From contig CDPCPM010000056.1 of NCBI GenBank assembly GCA_976551045.1, positions 29,574,001 through 29,638,000 on the forward strand: a stretch of 64,000 bases of DNA, given 5' to 3'. The stretch's first letter is position 1, and every line of letters starts with the position of its first letter. The position numbers and the translations under genes are program-made. The notes under the pieces are model-generated. The model made no database searches and was not told the origin of the DNA. It worked only from the letters and a program-made list of their open reading frames with translations. Shown here piece after piece: positions 24,700 to 39,189 of the stretch. The DNA comes from Glaucostegus cemiculus. Taxonomy: Eukaryota.

Positions 24700-25690
24700 T
24701 CTATACCAGCATTTCTGTTCCACACACATTTCCTTCCACCCCACTTCATCTAAACACATCAATGTAAGGATTTAATCCCTTCCTCTGCTTGGATTTACTT
24801 AGTTCTCTCATAAAATGCATCCATGTTTTTTGACTCAACAATTTCTTCTGTCAGCAGCTCTCACATTATGACTAGTTATTGTGTAAGGGGTTTCTCCTGG
24901 TTTCCTTATTAGCCTATCTGATACTCATGACTTCTAATTTTAGAAATACCACAAGTTAAAACATCTATTCTATGAAAACCCTTTTAATTTTAAGATCTCT
25001 ATTAGGTCCCTCCTCAGCCTGTTTTTTTGGAGAAAAGAGCTCCAGTGTGTTGTTGGAGAGCTGAACCCTCTCACGTGTGGTATCAACCCTGGAAATCCGT
25101 TATGAATCGATGCCCATTCTATAATACAGAGAACATTAACCAAGATTCCACAAGAATTTAAAATAGTTTTTCTCCTGTTCATTTTTATTCCTCCGGAAAA
25201 TAATTCTAAAGCTTCATAGTAATTTTATTGCCTTTTAACCTACATTGTCTACACTGGCTCAGCCTCACGTACATACTCTACATTGTGTACATGTACTAAA
25301 ATAATGTGCAAGTAGTACATGTACACGACGTGGATTTCATTGCAGTCTTCTTTACTTTTATCACCATGTTGATACCAAGAGTAAAATTTGAATTTCCAAG
25401 TCCAAATTGTTTATGAAACTGGTGAACAACAATGGTTCCGTCAACACCACTGCCAATCTGCACCCTCAACCACAATTTTGTCTCCACTTTTGTGGATAGT
25501 TTGCTTTTATTCTGGTTCCCCCACCACTTACGACTCAACATACCCTGATGTTTGGAAGCAATCTAAGTTATCAAAGGCCTTCTGATAATCCAAATATATC
25601 GGTTACCATGTTATGCTTGCCTACCCCTCTGATTACTTTGTCAAAAACTGTAACCTGATTGCTCAAGCATGACCATCCCTTCTGAAACTC
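24700..25690 (-). mobile_element. Decayed CR1 LINE fragments
   Basis: ORF 24970-25182 ends ..QKNRLRRDLIEILK (cf. RRLRGDLIEVFK); ttatcaaaggccttctgataatccaaata reads YLDYQKAFDN on the reverse strand. Confidence 0.7.
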
Positions 25691-27099
25691 AAGAGGACAA
25701 GTTAACTCACCCCATAATTATTTTGAAATAAAGTTATGGCGAGTTATCTATAATATGAAAAAGCATCGACCTTGCAAAGTTATGCAAAGGTCTGTTACCT
25801 TAGCTTACACAATTTCTACAGAAATAACCAAGTCTGAGAAATAAAATACAAGCCAAGAAATAAAACCAGTGCCGTTCTTACAGACTTATGTATCTCTTTG
25901 TTTCATATTATTGAGACATTCATGACTATCCTGGTTCTGGACAAGATTCAGTCTTCCATAAGCACACTGAAAAAGCTGGCTTCTTGTGACACAAGGCTCC
26001 ATTACAGATAGAGCATGTTATATTAGCACCAACACCTCTTTACTAGCTGTTTTGTCAGATGTAGACAATTGAACCAGTTGGACGGAGTGTGAGTTCCTCT
26101 GATGTACTGAATGGTTGGAACTGGAAGTAGGAGGTACAGAAGGAAATCCAGGGGTGTTCTGTAATGTGCACCAATTAGCATGCAGTGCTTATTAACAGTA
26201 CAGATAGTTAATTTTACAATTGCATTACTTTACTGATTACCATGGGTCGTGCATTCTGGTTGATTTTAATGCTGTACACTGGAAATAAACACCAATGATC
26301 TCAACCTTGCCTGCATTCCCATTCTATTAACAAGCATATCCTCTTCTTCCCCCAGCTCCTCTTCACTCTGACCTGACATACTCTGTCAGCAGAAACCCGG
26401 ATATCCAACCAGTGCAGAGAGCAGGGAATTAGTTTCTATAAAATAGCATAGCATACTTTCCCCTCACAGATGTGGGAATCTCACTTTTTTTTTAGGGTTT
26501 AGGTTCAGAGACTGGCGTTCAAATTACACTGAAATGTCCAACTTATACAAAAGAAACCTTTCACCTCCCCACAAATCAGTTTATGTGCTCACTGAACTAG
26601 CTGGAATAAACTACTCAGATCGCACAGAGACCAAACGAATGCAATAAAACAAACTACCTCTCTGTCTCTTCTACCCATTCCAATTACTGCATCTGGTCAA
26701 CAATTTTATCAGCGGCTTGGCCACTTGTCCAATCTCCATTCACTGGGCAAAAAAAGCTTCTGCTTTCAAAAGAATATAAGTAACACTTTTAAAATCTCAA
26801 TCAAATGACTTTGGCTGCTAAATTCTTACTCAACAGAATTCATGGTTAGCAAAGTTCTGCTTTCCTTTCCTAACAACTTTCTCTGCATAATTTACCATCC
26901 ATCAACCCTTGCACAAGAGAAGGGTATCAAAAAATCATTTACAAGGTTTGCTTTTGCTGAAGTCTGCTAACTGCCCCAAATATCCACACAAGTCTCCTCC
27001 TATTAGAAACTCCAAATGGTGCTGTAACCCTCTCAATCTCTACCAACCTTACAATTCCAAACCCACAAAATGATCCCAATAGAGAATTCTTAGAAGGAT

Positions 27100-27330
27100 C
27101 ATCACAAAGGCAGGAAGCACCTCAGCTGTAAGCTTCTCTGGATTGGAAATACCTCTCTCTTCATTTTCTTTGGGACAGTATTCTGGAACTCCCTGTCCAT
27201 CAGCATAGGGAGTCCCTTTACCACAAGGACTGTTAGATGCAAAAGAGGGGTGCCCAGGGCATTTGGAGGATGGACAACGAGTGCTAGCCTTGTGTGGGAT
27301 GCCACAGCTCGGATGTGAACTTTAAAAAAA
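27100..27330 (+). mobile_element. 3' fragment of an abundant chondrichthyan CR1/L2-group LINE (..SWNSLP..HHHLLKGN family)
   Basis: ttctggaactccctgtcc..agggcatttggaggatggacaacgagtgctagccttg..gatgccaca..tgaactttaaaaaaaa; homologous to 30415-30690 and 35830-36385. Confidence 0.65.
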
Positions 27331-29141
27331 ACTGGAGGCCCAAAATACTCTCCATGCTGTCAAATTTCCAACTTGACCCAATCTTCCGGAATTCCATAAA
27401 AGTTTTGAGTGTTTGCCATTTGCAAATCCCAGATTGGTTTATTCCAAATGAAGGAAGGTGAGGGAATCCCATCTCTACTCTAGGACCGCACTTGCTTTCC
27501 TGACCAAAACATGACAGAAAACTTCAGCGAAGCCTGAATACAAGAGCCAATGACAAGAGGGATGGAGGCAAGCCAAGACAAATACCTTCCAAAAATGCAT
27601 AAAACCAACTCAAGATGACACAGTCAAATACTGGACCCCACACAAGTTCCACAAATTTCACTCTTGCGTTACAGATTACAACAAGGATAACTGCAACTGC
27701 CTCCTATACATATTCTAGTTTTGCTCCCACACTCCATCACCCTTTTCAAGTGGCCTGTGTGACCACAGGAACTATGACCGGCTTTGGAATTTCAGGAATA
27801 ACTCTTAAAATGATTAAGACTATTCGAAAACAGGCCACTGACTTTTTTTGGGGGCTAAGATAGAAAAGAAAGATCAACAAAGCATTTTTAGGAGCAGCTT
27901 GTGTTGAAGGCTTTTCAGACATTTTTCAACATTATTGCTAAAATTTACCAAAGCCAGTGCCAGCAGATGAACACTTAAGGGTGTTCATATTTTATTATCT
28001 GCTATTTTTGCCAAGGAAGTAACCTGACTAAAACATAGTGGATTGTCTTATGCAAACATTAAGTGTTTTTCAAGTGATGAATTCCTGTTGCAATTATTAG
28101 TTTTCACTGGTGCTCTTTTGATTCTTTTTTAGTTGTTAAAACAGTAACTGATGTTTTAGTCAGCTATAACCAATCATCCATATATTCTTACTGAATTATT
28201 ATTGAATCACTCTTAATTAGGCAGTACATTCCTCACATATCCCAGCAATCAAGCATACAGAACTGAAAAGATAAAAGATCATACAGAAAGTTGCAAGTAA
28301 CTGTTGAATATTTGGTGAATAGTCTCCAAATTGTTAATTTCACACTCAGCAAGGAGGATCAAAATTTATTGGACAAAGACATAATTTCTCATACTTCACA
28401 GATCAGTAGGCAGCCAAGTGTTACTGAATTTCATTCTGTCAGTGAGGGAGTCACATCAACTCAGTTCCCAGCCCCAGAGGTCAAAGGAAAACAGCAATGA
28501 TTCATTTTGGATTATTTGGTAAATTTGCATATTCATTTCAATCAATTCCTTTCAAAAATATCAAGTGGGTGCAGCCCTGCCAACACACATTCACATTTTG
28601 ACCTTTGGTATCAATGTTCCTTCTAACTGAACTGAATGGAAATATGAACCTGCTATTTTCCTGATATACAGATATAATTTAACTCTTATAACAATAATCT
28701 CAGGGTTTACTAGTGGTTAGAAGCATTATGGAATTCTACTTCATTTAGAGAGGGGAGGAAGGTTTAAAACTTTTATACATCAACCTTTCTACTGCTAGTG
28801 ACACCACTATTAGAAGACTCCACAGTAATAGATCTCTTTTAATAATTGATAGCATGTTGTGCTGGAGTTGCATAGACTGGCACAGTCATGGTATAATATC
28901 CTGTGGTACCAGTTACAAAGCGATGCCTTTGAACAGCCCCTAGAGTAAGGATCAGTTTCTCCAGTTTCTGGCACTGTTTCAACAATATTACTGTAAATAT
29001 TTATAAAGTAAGCAAGTAAGAATAGCTAATTTAATGTTTTAGGTGCATCCTGAAAGCTTTCTTAGTTGGAAAATATTTAAGAGAGTGTTTAGAAGCAACA
29101 TACAGGTTCTTCCCCAGGTTACAAACATCTGATTGATGTAC

Positions 29142-29301
29142 AGACACAAGAAAGACTGCAGATTTTGGAAATCTGGAGCGACACACAAAATGCTGGAGGA
29201 ACTCAGCGGGTCAGGCAGCATCTATGGAGGGATTTTCCTGTGGATGCCCATTTCCCTCCATAGATGCTGCCTGATCCACTGAGTTCCTCCAGCATTTTGT
29301 G
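29142..29301. mobile_element. Penelope-derived palindromic element (hammerhead centre deleted) with an imperfect 12-bp TSD
   Basis: Near-perfect ~50-bp arms cacacaaaatgctggaggaactcagcgggtcaggcagcatctatggaggga / tccctccatagatgctgcctgatccactgagttcctccagcattttgtgtg. TSD TGATTGATGTAC vs TGACTTATGTAC. Confidence 0.85.
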
Positions 29302-30414
29302 TGACTTATGTACGGCTTGGGCATACGTGTGAGCATATGGGTGATTTCCCAGAGCTGCAGGCATCTTCTACCACCTGGGAATGCTGTTCGTAGCCACATT
29401 TCTGACTTGCAAACTGCCTGGGTTACGAACAATTCACGGGAACGGAACTCTGCCATAACCTGGGGAGGACCTGTATTGTCCTGTCACTGAGAAAAACTGC
29501 AAAGTTATAAATGTCACAGGCCTATTCAGAGATATTTGATTGTGTGGAGATTCTTTGGCCTGGTATTATGTGTGAGCAAATGACGCACAATGACATTTTA
29601 CTATGCTTTATATAACAAATTATAAGAAATTGGTATTGTTACATAAAGCACAGAAAGACTGCACAAATCTTGACTTTGACAATGAAGGTGCTAAATGAAG
29701 GCCTGAATCTAACCTCCTCAGTGGGAGGACTAATAGTTTGCACGACAACCCAGTGATCAGTAATAGAGCTACAATGACAAACCTGGTCAACCCAACAGCA
29801 CAGCTTTTGAATGAGATCAGCGGATGGGGCTGAGAAAGGCAAATGAGCAGATCCAATATTTACACTTAACAGAGGTCAGAGTTCAGTCAGTCTTTCAAAA
29901 GAAATCTAAAGCAGAATTCAAACGTATCATGTAAATTAGCATGACCAGCCTCTGTAATAAAACTGACCTGTACACATACATTAATCTATTTCTGTCATAT
30001 CAGGAGCTCTGCCTGCAATTTATGGTGACACCTATCACTTGTGACTTGTACACATATGTACTTTTGCAATAAAAATAGAAGCTGTTCGGAAACTGTCAGC
30101 ATCTAAGCAAGAAAGTTGGCCTAATAGTTTGACAACAATCCTTCACCCTAAACTTTATCAAGGTTTCTTTTTTCAGATGTGCTTTTCGTTTTTACAGATT
30201 CTCTGCATTTCATTTTTCTTTCTTTTTCTATTTGTAACTTCCTTCTCCCCTCTTGATGTGATGCCTTCGATTGCTCTCAGGAGATTCTGGGTGATCTCGT
30301 GACAGGTCTGTCATTACACCTCTAATCACTGCTGGATTACTATCCTTCCTAAAAGGAGCGATGTTCCCAAGTTTCTAGGTGATGGAATTGCAGGTGCTTC
30401 TTTGGTTCTACTTT

Positions 30415-30690
30415 TTAAAAAAATTATTCATTCAAGGGATGTGGGCTTTGCAGGCTGAACCAGCATTTAATTGTTTATCCTTAATTGCCTTTGAGAAGGT
30501 GGTGGTAAGCTGCCTTCTTGAACCACTGCAGTCCTTGAGGTGTCGATATGCCCACAATGCTGTCTGGGAAAGAGTTCCAGGATTTTGACCCAGTAATATT
30601 GAAGGAACAGCAACATATTTCCAAGTCAGGATGGCGTGTGTCTTGGATGGCAACTTCAAGGTTCCCATGTTTTTGCTGCCCTTGTCCTTC
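30415..30690 (-). mobile_element. 3' end of a CR1/L2-group LINE (HHHLLKGN family)
   Basis: ttattcattcaagggatgtgggc..ccagcatttaattg..ttgagaaggtggtggtaagctgccttcttgaacc; the reverse strand gives RFKKAAxHHLLKGN-like text. Confidence 0.85.
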
Positions 30691-31439
30691 TTACATCAAA
30701 CATCCAGTGGTTTTGAACATTTTTTTTAGCGTTGGAAAAGACAACAAAGTAAAGGCAGGAGGTCCTGACAGTAGTCACCCCAGACAGAAAGCTAAAGCTG
30801 AACTTGCCCATATGGTTCTTTTGGAAAAGATTTAGATTCAGCATCCCCTTCAGCCCCATTCTAAATGCATTGCACAGCTGCCTTATTTAGATCAAAGTTA
30901 AAAGGCTTAATAAGCCTAGTGCACAATTTGTTGTCTTCAGGCCATTAGCTAGGAAGGGAATTTCCCAAGCTCTATTCAGTGGACAAATAACTTTATATAA
31001 TTAGCCCTGAAGTCAGAACCTCATGAAAAAAAAACTTTGAACTTTGCATAATACAACTATAAACCCAGATGAAATGAAAATATCAGGATTTTGCCACATT
31101 TAGTAAGACTAATATCCTTCCAATACATAATCTCTGGTTTGAACCTTATTCTCCAAGCAAGACATCAACAGACATCTGACGTGTACCTATCAAGCAGGTA
31201 GGTTAAAGTTGGGAGTGAATGGCATTACAAATGAAACATAAGCTTCAAGAGCACAAAAGATAATGTGCTCCATTCCAATATGGAAATACTGGTCAGGAAT
31301 GGAACTATAACCAACTATCCAGAAATCTCATGAAAGCCGAAAGAGGAATCAAATGAAGGTCTTCAGTTTTGTCCCCAATCACAAAATAGATAGCATATAT
31401 TGCTGTTTCTGGACCAATTCCAGAACTAGTTCCAATTTT

Positions 31440-32330
31440 GCAGCCCACAAGTAGATTCCACTGCTGATTCCACTTTGTGTGAATTAAAACCTCTCTAACA
31501 GTCCTGTTTAAAAGTTACCATTTTAATTGAGTCTCCTTACCCTATCGTCACTTTGTTTTGAAGCAGGGTTCTGGATTTGTATTTGATATTCAGTTTACAA
31601 TTTATTCATTTCTTTAATCCACTGTTCAAAGACTTCCATTCCTATAAAACTGGGAATAAGTCTCTGGACTGCTCTTGAAATGCATTCAGTGAGTTGATGA
31701 CCAGAACTAGATGAGGATTGTCCAGAACACTGCATGCACAGTTTGGGCACGAGTTCCTTCAATTTTTATTCACAGTCTGATTACAGGACAGAAAGGAAAA
31801 TAAGGCAGTATGATCCACTTTTCTGCATCTGGTTTAATTAAACTAACTCCTTCCACAATTTCAGCAAGCCCTAATTTTCCTCTTAGCTGCAGAAAAAGCA
31901 GTATCAGTTTGGGAAGAAATTTGGATAACAAGTCTTTAGTATCACCACCCAAGAGGGCCCCAAATTCAGCACAGGGAAAAGGACTGGTTTTATGGACTAA
32001 CAAAATTCTGTTTTTAAATTTTATTTCTACTTAAGTTTCATCCCCTATTGTTCTACCAAGTTCCATGTATTATTTTAGTCATTTTGTAGTTCCTCAGCTA
32101 TTTACTCAGATTTCTTTTGCTCCTCCGGATCTGGAATCATGAGATGAGATATCATCTGCACACTTGACCAGTTTGCATCAAGTCTTTAAAGTTTGAAGAG
32201 TAAGGGTTTTTAATATCAGTCACTGGGGCACCCACTTCAGCATTTCTTCCCGTTTCAGCATAAGCTTGCCTACAAATTCCAACACTTCAACCAATTTAAT
32301 TGGCCACCTAAATTTACCATGTATCATGGC
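31440..32330 (-). mobile_element. Heavily decayed CR1 relic
   Basis: atcatctgcacacttgaccag reads LVKCADD on the reverse strand; cactggggcaccc is a GVPQ-like motif; ccagaact is a QFW-like motif. Confidence 0.5.
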
Positions 32331-33259
32331 CCTTATACCATTCAAATAGTGTACAAACCACACATTTACAGTCAATTGAAAACTGCACATTCAAGAAATT
32401 TGGAACATTTTGGTTTGAAGTGTAAAAAATCAAGCTTGTGGACTGCCACAGACTCTCTCTGCTTGTGTGTACATTTTTCAATTCAGACTTAGAATTATTG
32501 GTAAGAATTCACACCAGTGTTCATCTCCCTAGTACTTATAAGTAGAGGACAACACATATTTTCAAATTGCCCTTGCCAGTGTACAAGGATAGATAATAAA
32601 ACCACCTACTCATCGACAATAGTATCTAATAATCATGAGGGTTTTCAGGATATCTGCAAAAAATCTATAACTATGTTTAATTCAAAAAAGAAAATATAAA
32701 ATTAAATTATTATTCAACTAGAAAATTATAGTTTCAATATGAAACCTCAAATAATTCACAACTAAATGGAAAAATCTATGAAAATACGATACCCCTATTC
32801 TGTGAAAAAGAGATGTTGTTCAGAGTATTCTAACATAATTAATATCATAAAATAATTTTATACAACCTTCTCCAAGAGTTTAATTTGAAATGTTTTTCTT
32901 ATGCTTTTCAATGTGTAGCTAAAAAATAATACCTTTGCTTTTGCAAATAATGTCTGCTTTTATATTGGACAGCCTCAATTTATTGCATACTTATAGCTTG
33001 ATGCAAATCCTGCTTTATTTTAAACATAAAACTCTGCAACATAATAAATTAACATTAAGAGATTTATTATTAACAAATTATTATTAACAGACTTAGAAAA
33101 ATATGTTCACAATTTCTTCCTTAAAGATTTATAAAGAGGAGTGAGGTAATGATTGTTTAGTAAATGCTTGCTTTATTATGTTTTCTCCAGCATTGGGAAT
33201 CCACAAGATTTGATGAAAACTGCAACTCAGCTGTAATGTGACCAAGACTGGGAATTGCT

Positions 33260-34095
33260 ATGATTAAGCCCAGGCAGTCAATATGATCGAAGTTGGGGAT
33301 ATGAGATGTGGAAAAAAACATAATCTGATGGTATCAGCTACAGAAATCCTTTACCGCAGAACCATTTGCAACATTTCTGCAGTGAAATATAATCAAGCTA
33401 TCTTGGGTCATACTTGGGTCAGTGTTTAAAGTAGTCCCTGTTGTGTATAGGTGGCTGAACCATTCTGCACCCGCTTGGTTACATTCTTCTCTGTCATGAA
33501 GGACAACGTCTGTTAGTCCTACAATCTGAATATAGGTCAAAAAGCTTTCACAATTCGTAACCTTGTAAGTCACATTTACCTGCATTCACTGTGTCCAAAT
33601 ATGCCCATTCAATTGCAAACAATTTCTTCAAGCTGGTGACAAGCAGTGGGGGTAGAAGTTACAGACTTCCCCAAGCCCATGTTCAGAAACCAAGCATTAA
33701 AGAGTTGCTTCAGTCTTTTTCTATTCCCAGGTGTTGGCTATCCTATTGCAAATTTGCATCTTGTGTGAATTTATGTCAAACAATAATTTTGTTGGTGAGA
33801 TTCCTTTTGATTTTGTTGGGACTTTATTGCTTATTTTGGAACCTTTTAGTCTGCTTGGTTTATATGTTGACTTATTTGTGCTGCCCTTAGAGAGATACTT
33901 GTTAGGGTTGTTCTTATTAGCTGGCACTGGACCAACTGTCAACTTTATTGGTCCATCAAAATTGGCCTATGCCATTTTTGTCCTCAATGTAACAAAATGC
34001 AATCCCAAAGGGAAGACACTTTGAAGCAACAGCAATTGAAAAGGCAGACGTGATATTGACTGGAGACACCCAGAAGCTTTCTCCATAGTCCAAGC
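33260..34095 (-). mobile_element. Putative decayed DIRS/Ngaro (tyrosine-recombinase retrotransposon) RT-RNase H relic
   Basis: Manual minus-strand translation gives, in the expected order: GESFWVSPVNITSAF, KCLPFG, VPTKSKGISPTKLLFDINSHKMQ, LTD..GAEWF, IIFHCRN, FSTSHIPNFDHIDCL. Confidence 0.45.
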
Positions 34096-35829
34096 CAATA
34101 CTTAATGTTGGTAGGTTGTTAATTTTCCTGTTTTTCCTGTTCTATTCCTCATCTCTTACTACAATGAAAACTTTCTCTGGAGTTCCTTCAGAGACCACAC
34201 TACACCCACAAGCCTCTGGTTGACTTCTCCTCATGTATGCTTTGTAGATTGCTTTGCAATGTCCCCAATGAGTTTTCTCAAAATGTATATCATGGGAGGT
34301 AGGGCAGAGGAAAAGAATAATAAAAGTGAAACCAGTAAAGGAAGAAATAGGAGAACAGAAGAAACCAAAGGGGAGAAGAAAGGAATTAACAGAGGTGACT
34401 GAAAATCAGTAGTGGATGAGAAGTGGGCCATTGCTGCGTTTGCAGATTTACCACAAAAGCTTTGATTAGATTGTTGGAGGTTGAGGATTTTATTTTGGTG
34501 AATCCCAGACTCTGAAATAAAGAGATCCACTGAATTAGATGGTTTCATTCAAATTTCTTGCATTCAGAATAACATTTGCTAGAAATTAAAGTAAGCACAA
34601 AAAAACAAAATATAATTTTGCTCCAAAGAGTCAGGATTTCACTCCAAAGGTAATGGCATGCCCACTGCTGCTCTCTCTCCCAAGATGTGAAAAAGACCCA
34701 CTCCCCACTGCTGCATCTTCAGTCAAGATTTCCTCTGAGGTGATGGAACTTCAAATGGCTTCCATCCATTACAGCAATTAGGAAAACCTTAAGCATAAAA
34801 CTGGAACTCAGGAGTGATATGATATACACAAGCTTTTACTAATGCTGCTTTATGAAATTCACCATTGTATAGGGAATGTTTGTGTAGAAAAAAAATGCAT
34901 AGATATTGGAACTATATATCCCTGCTTCTTATGATGAACCATGCACAACAATCATTTTGTTCATGTTTTGCAATAATTGTGCCCACTCCCTGCCCATCAG
35001 GAAATTGGACCAAGCACTTCCTGGCACATTTTATCCTAGCCTAGGTACCATTGCCCTGTCATGTGTGATGACATCATCCAGGTGCACAGCACTGATTACT
35101 CCCTTTCCAAAAGAAACCAGATAAAATGGTCTCGACCTAGCTTCATTGTTCAGTTATAGTAAAGCAACACTTTCATAAAACGAGGTGGTTCCAATTTCAT
35201 AATCTTTTGGTGATCTCTGATTTAGCCTACTTGTTATGGCATAATGATATTTAATGAAGAAAATAATGGGGAAATCAAATTATGGGCAAAAAGTATCAAA
35301 TCATTGAGGAAAATCATCATTGCTAGAATAAAGTACTAGTCCATCTTCTAGCAAGGACCTTTGCAACACCAGATTTAATGCTTAGTGAGGGTTTTTTTAG
35401 CTCCTGGAAATGTAAAGTAAATAAAAAAAAAAGATTGACATTGCTTTTGAATGGTTCAAGACAAGAAGAATACCATAAATTGAAGATAATGAGAAAGACT
35501 GCAATGATGAAAATTGAAATAAAAATGCAAAGCAGGTCAATCAGCATGTATAAGAGATGTGTGAGGACAACTGAAACTCAGTGAAGGTGATAACTGGATG
35601 ATAATGAGAGGTCACTGTTTTACTTGAATATTAATTGACTTCCACATAAAAGGAAAAAAGAAGCGGAGTTTATAAAACTTTTGCTTCACTATTGCATGTT
35701 TCTTTGCTTTTAGTAACGACCAATTTCACCTCAGTTACTTTAACACTTTTCATAGTCTCCATCCTCAACAACCTGACTTTTGTCATTGACTAGGAACTGA
35801 AATGAACTGTTAACATAATACTATGGCTA

Positions 35830-36385
35830 CAAGAGCAAGTGTCGGTGTGGGTATCCAGTGGTAAGCGAATCGCTTCCTGATACCCCAAAGCTCTTCCACC
35901 AGCTACGTTACAAATCTGGAATGTGATGGAATACTCTCCACTTGTCGAGAATCTGTGTGTTACTCCAACAACACACAAGACTCTCGAGAACACCCTATCC
36001 ACCACCCTGAATATTCATTCCCTCCAACACCAGCATGTACGATCTGCAAAATGCACTGCTGTTACTTGTGTGGGCTACACCAACAACACCTCCCAAATCC
36101 ATGATCTCTTTTGATAAAAACAGGAATAGCAGGTGCATGGGTACACAACTGGCTACAGTCTCCCTTCCAAGTTGTACAACATCCCGACTTGCAAGTATAT
36201 CACCATTCTTTCCTTCATCATCACTGAGACTGAACCCTGGAAGGTCCCTGACAACAGCATCACAGGAGCATCTTCAACAGAAGGACTATTGCGTTTCAGG
36301 AAAGTGGATCACCATCACTTTTCTCAAGGGCAATTAGGGAGGACATTAATCACTGGCCTTCCCATACTCAAAAATTGAATAAAAA
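35830..36385 (+). mobile_element. 3' part of a CR1/L2-group LINE (HHHLLKGN family)
   Basis: ORFs give MMEYSPL..PTTHKTL..TTLNIHSLQHQH and ..PWKVPDNSITG..FRKVDHHHF(LKGN); ends aattgaataaaaa. Confidence 0.85.
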
Positions 36386-39189
36386 GGAACAACAATGAAC
36401 GGTTAATATATCGGCCTCTTTCAAGGGACGACTAACCTGTCACATCAGTTTTATTTTTAATAGCTTAATTTAATTACTTAATAACTGTTCTGGCCTGATT
36501 TGCTCTGCTGAGTGCTGGATGATGCATATCATCACACTTATAGACTGCTTAAAACACATAGTCAACCAAATGAAAATCTCCCAGCCTTCTCTGAAAGCAA
36601 TATGTGGAGATCCTATACAACTCATGTTCAAACATATAAGACTCTTAATCAAACAATCCTTATTCAAACACATCTACCCAACACAACGCAGTTGGAACAA
36701 ATGCATATATTTACCTTGTTTGAGGCTTTAGAGCAAAAGTAATTTAAATAGGTAATCAAAGAGGATAGGAATAGAACAAATATGCAGCCTACAGTAAGTC
36801 ACCAAGTGTAGCTGTAGCCATTAATAAACAACGAGATTTAACATTTCAGGCTATTAACTAACTGGTGTGGTGGAGAAAAAAAATCACTATCACAAGTGAG
36901 GGGAAATGAGAGGAGCACAATACAAAACTGTGAACCAATGTTTGCTATGTGTGGAGCTGGGGCTTACAAAATGGTATTTTCCTTATTTCTGAAGGAGTTT
37001 TGATGTGTGTTTCGGGGCTACATCATTAACCTAATGATGCAGTATCAACAACTTTCAGGGTATCAGTGCTACCTCCCACCCCCCAACCTTCAGGTTGCTA
37101 GACTAAAATTTATACGAAGGTAGAATTGTGCACAGACAAATTTTGTGACTATTGATGTGACTTCTGTTGGAGCTTTTCTAAAGGTCTGTGGTGTTAGGGA
37201 TTCAGGAGTTATGGAATTATGTGAATATAGCAGATATTAATTCAAACAAGAACCTATATGCAGTTCTTGCAAGCAGTAATCCGGTTTAAGTTAGAAAGAC
37301 AGCTTTGCAAATGAACAGCATTGTCTGCAGAGCACAGGTTGCTGGCCCACACCTGGGAGCTGGCTGCTCAAGAGATATAGTTTGCAAAATGAGGTGACCA
37401 TGAGACATTCTCATCTGCATCAGCCAAACATAAAACAATGGGGTTATGTAAACTGGCCTACATCAAACCAGGCAACTATAGCTAAGTTATCTTGCACCAT
37501 TGTGTCCAAATTCAAGGAAGCTTCAAGCAGACCAGACTGATATTGTCACTTACCACATCAAACATGGTCACAGGCATATTGGTCTATCAATAGTTGGGAA
37601 ATTTGTGTAGTCATAGAGCCAGCCTTCACAGCATTAATCTTAGGAGCCTGGGATCTCTGTCTACAGAAGTTTTTATACCATCTGTGTAAATTACTTTGTC
37701 CCAGCAAAGGTGCTTGAACATTCAAAGGTGTCTCCCATCGTAGATAAGCAACTCAAAGGGAACATTGTTGACTCAAAATATTAAAGTAAATGATGTCATT
37801 GCCACTATTGAAATTGTATTGAATCAGCTGCTGTTACCTTTGATCTTAAAGGTATAAAAATCTGATGTACTTTGAGCTTGGAAGATTCTACCCAGAGAAT
37901 ATTCTCCAGGAGAATATCTGTTTGTCATGATGAATATAAGCTTCTATATCACCAGCTTCAGTGTCTCTCTGGTGACTAAGATCACAGCCACAACATGTGG
38001 TAATTTCAATGGAATTGTTGCAGGAATGCCAGCTAAATGCCTTTTATGCCATTTTTCTGTGGTTTCTATGGCCAGGTTGAGGAATGTGTGGGAAAAACCT
38101 CTTCAGAAATTCACCGTCTGCATGGCTTATTCCTAAAGCAAGGATTCAACTTAAACAGTTTGACTGGAGTCCCATTTAAGAAAACTAAATTCTTTCCATA
38201 AAATACTCAAATGTAAACATTCTCTGCCTTCTGACCCATGGAAACAGCTCAGCTTGTTTTAGTTACAGTTTATCATTATTTTCTCAAAGGAACTAAGCTG
38301 CAAAATGGTCTTTCCACATGGCTTACTAACTCTTTAATGGCCAAGGTAAAATTGTTCTGTTACACTGGGGTTTGTACGCTCCTCAGTTTTCACTTGCCTC
38401 TTGTAATGGTGAGATGCTTGCAGGGAGAGGCCTTTAGGGCGTCACCCAAACTGCCATTTAAGTATAGATAGTCACTTTAAATCAGGACTTCTCAATAACC
38501 TCTTCCATTCTTTGCCAAAGATTAATGAAACTACTGCAGTTGTCCAAATTGCACTCTGTGGTCAACTATATTGGTATAAACAAGATATCTATCTAACCTG
38601 TGAGAAATCCTTTTACTTAAGGGTAAATGGAAATAGCAAGCAGAATCTTAGAGGTTCCAATCTTTATTTTTGTGGTTTTAAGCATCCCCTGTAGCACTTA
38701 ACACAGCATCACTATGTTACAGAGGGATGTAATAATATATTGAGGTATTGGGTTAGTTTGAAGATTGAAATATCATTTGTCTTACACAGAACTTGAATAA
38801 TTCCTGGACTTCAAACACACTGAGTTTGATTGTACAAAATTACAAAATTACTACCAGGTTTGCCAGGAGCACAAGGAAGATTGGGAATATAAAGAGCTGG
38901 TGTCACTTGCCTTGCAGATCTTCCTACTAATGAAATAGATTTCCTATATTTTAATTTGGTCCAGAAAGGTAGACCGTAAAATGCTGGTTAAGATATCTGA
39001 TACATTGAAAGTTGAGGAGGTTTCTGGTAACACGAGAAAAAATGTGTTAAACAGAAAGTTCAAAATAATATTTAATGGATCAGTCTTGAAGAAAAGCTCT
39101 TGGTCCTCAAGATGAAGCCTTGAGCTCCTGTTGCTGGATGGAGACACAAACCTGCAATTAATTTACTGTTGTCAAATTTCACCCCAAGT

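Noticed and set aside
30070-30220. Possible further, very decayed copy of the palindromic Penelope-derived family
   Set aside because: Similarity is too weak to support by eye.
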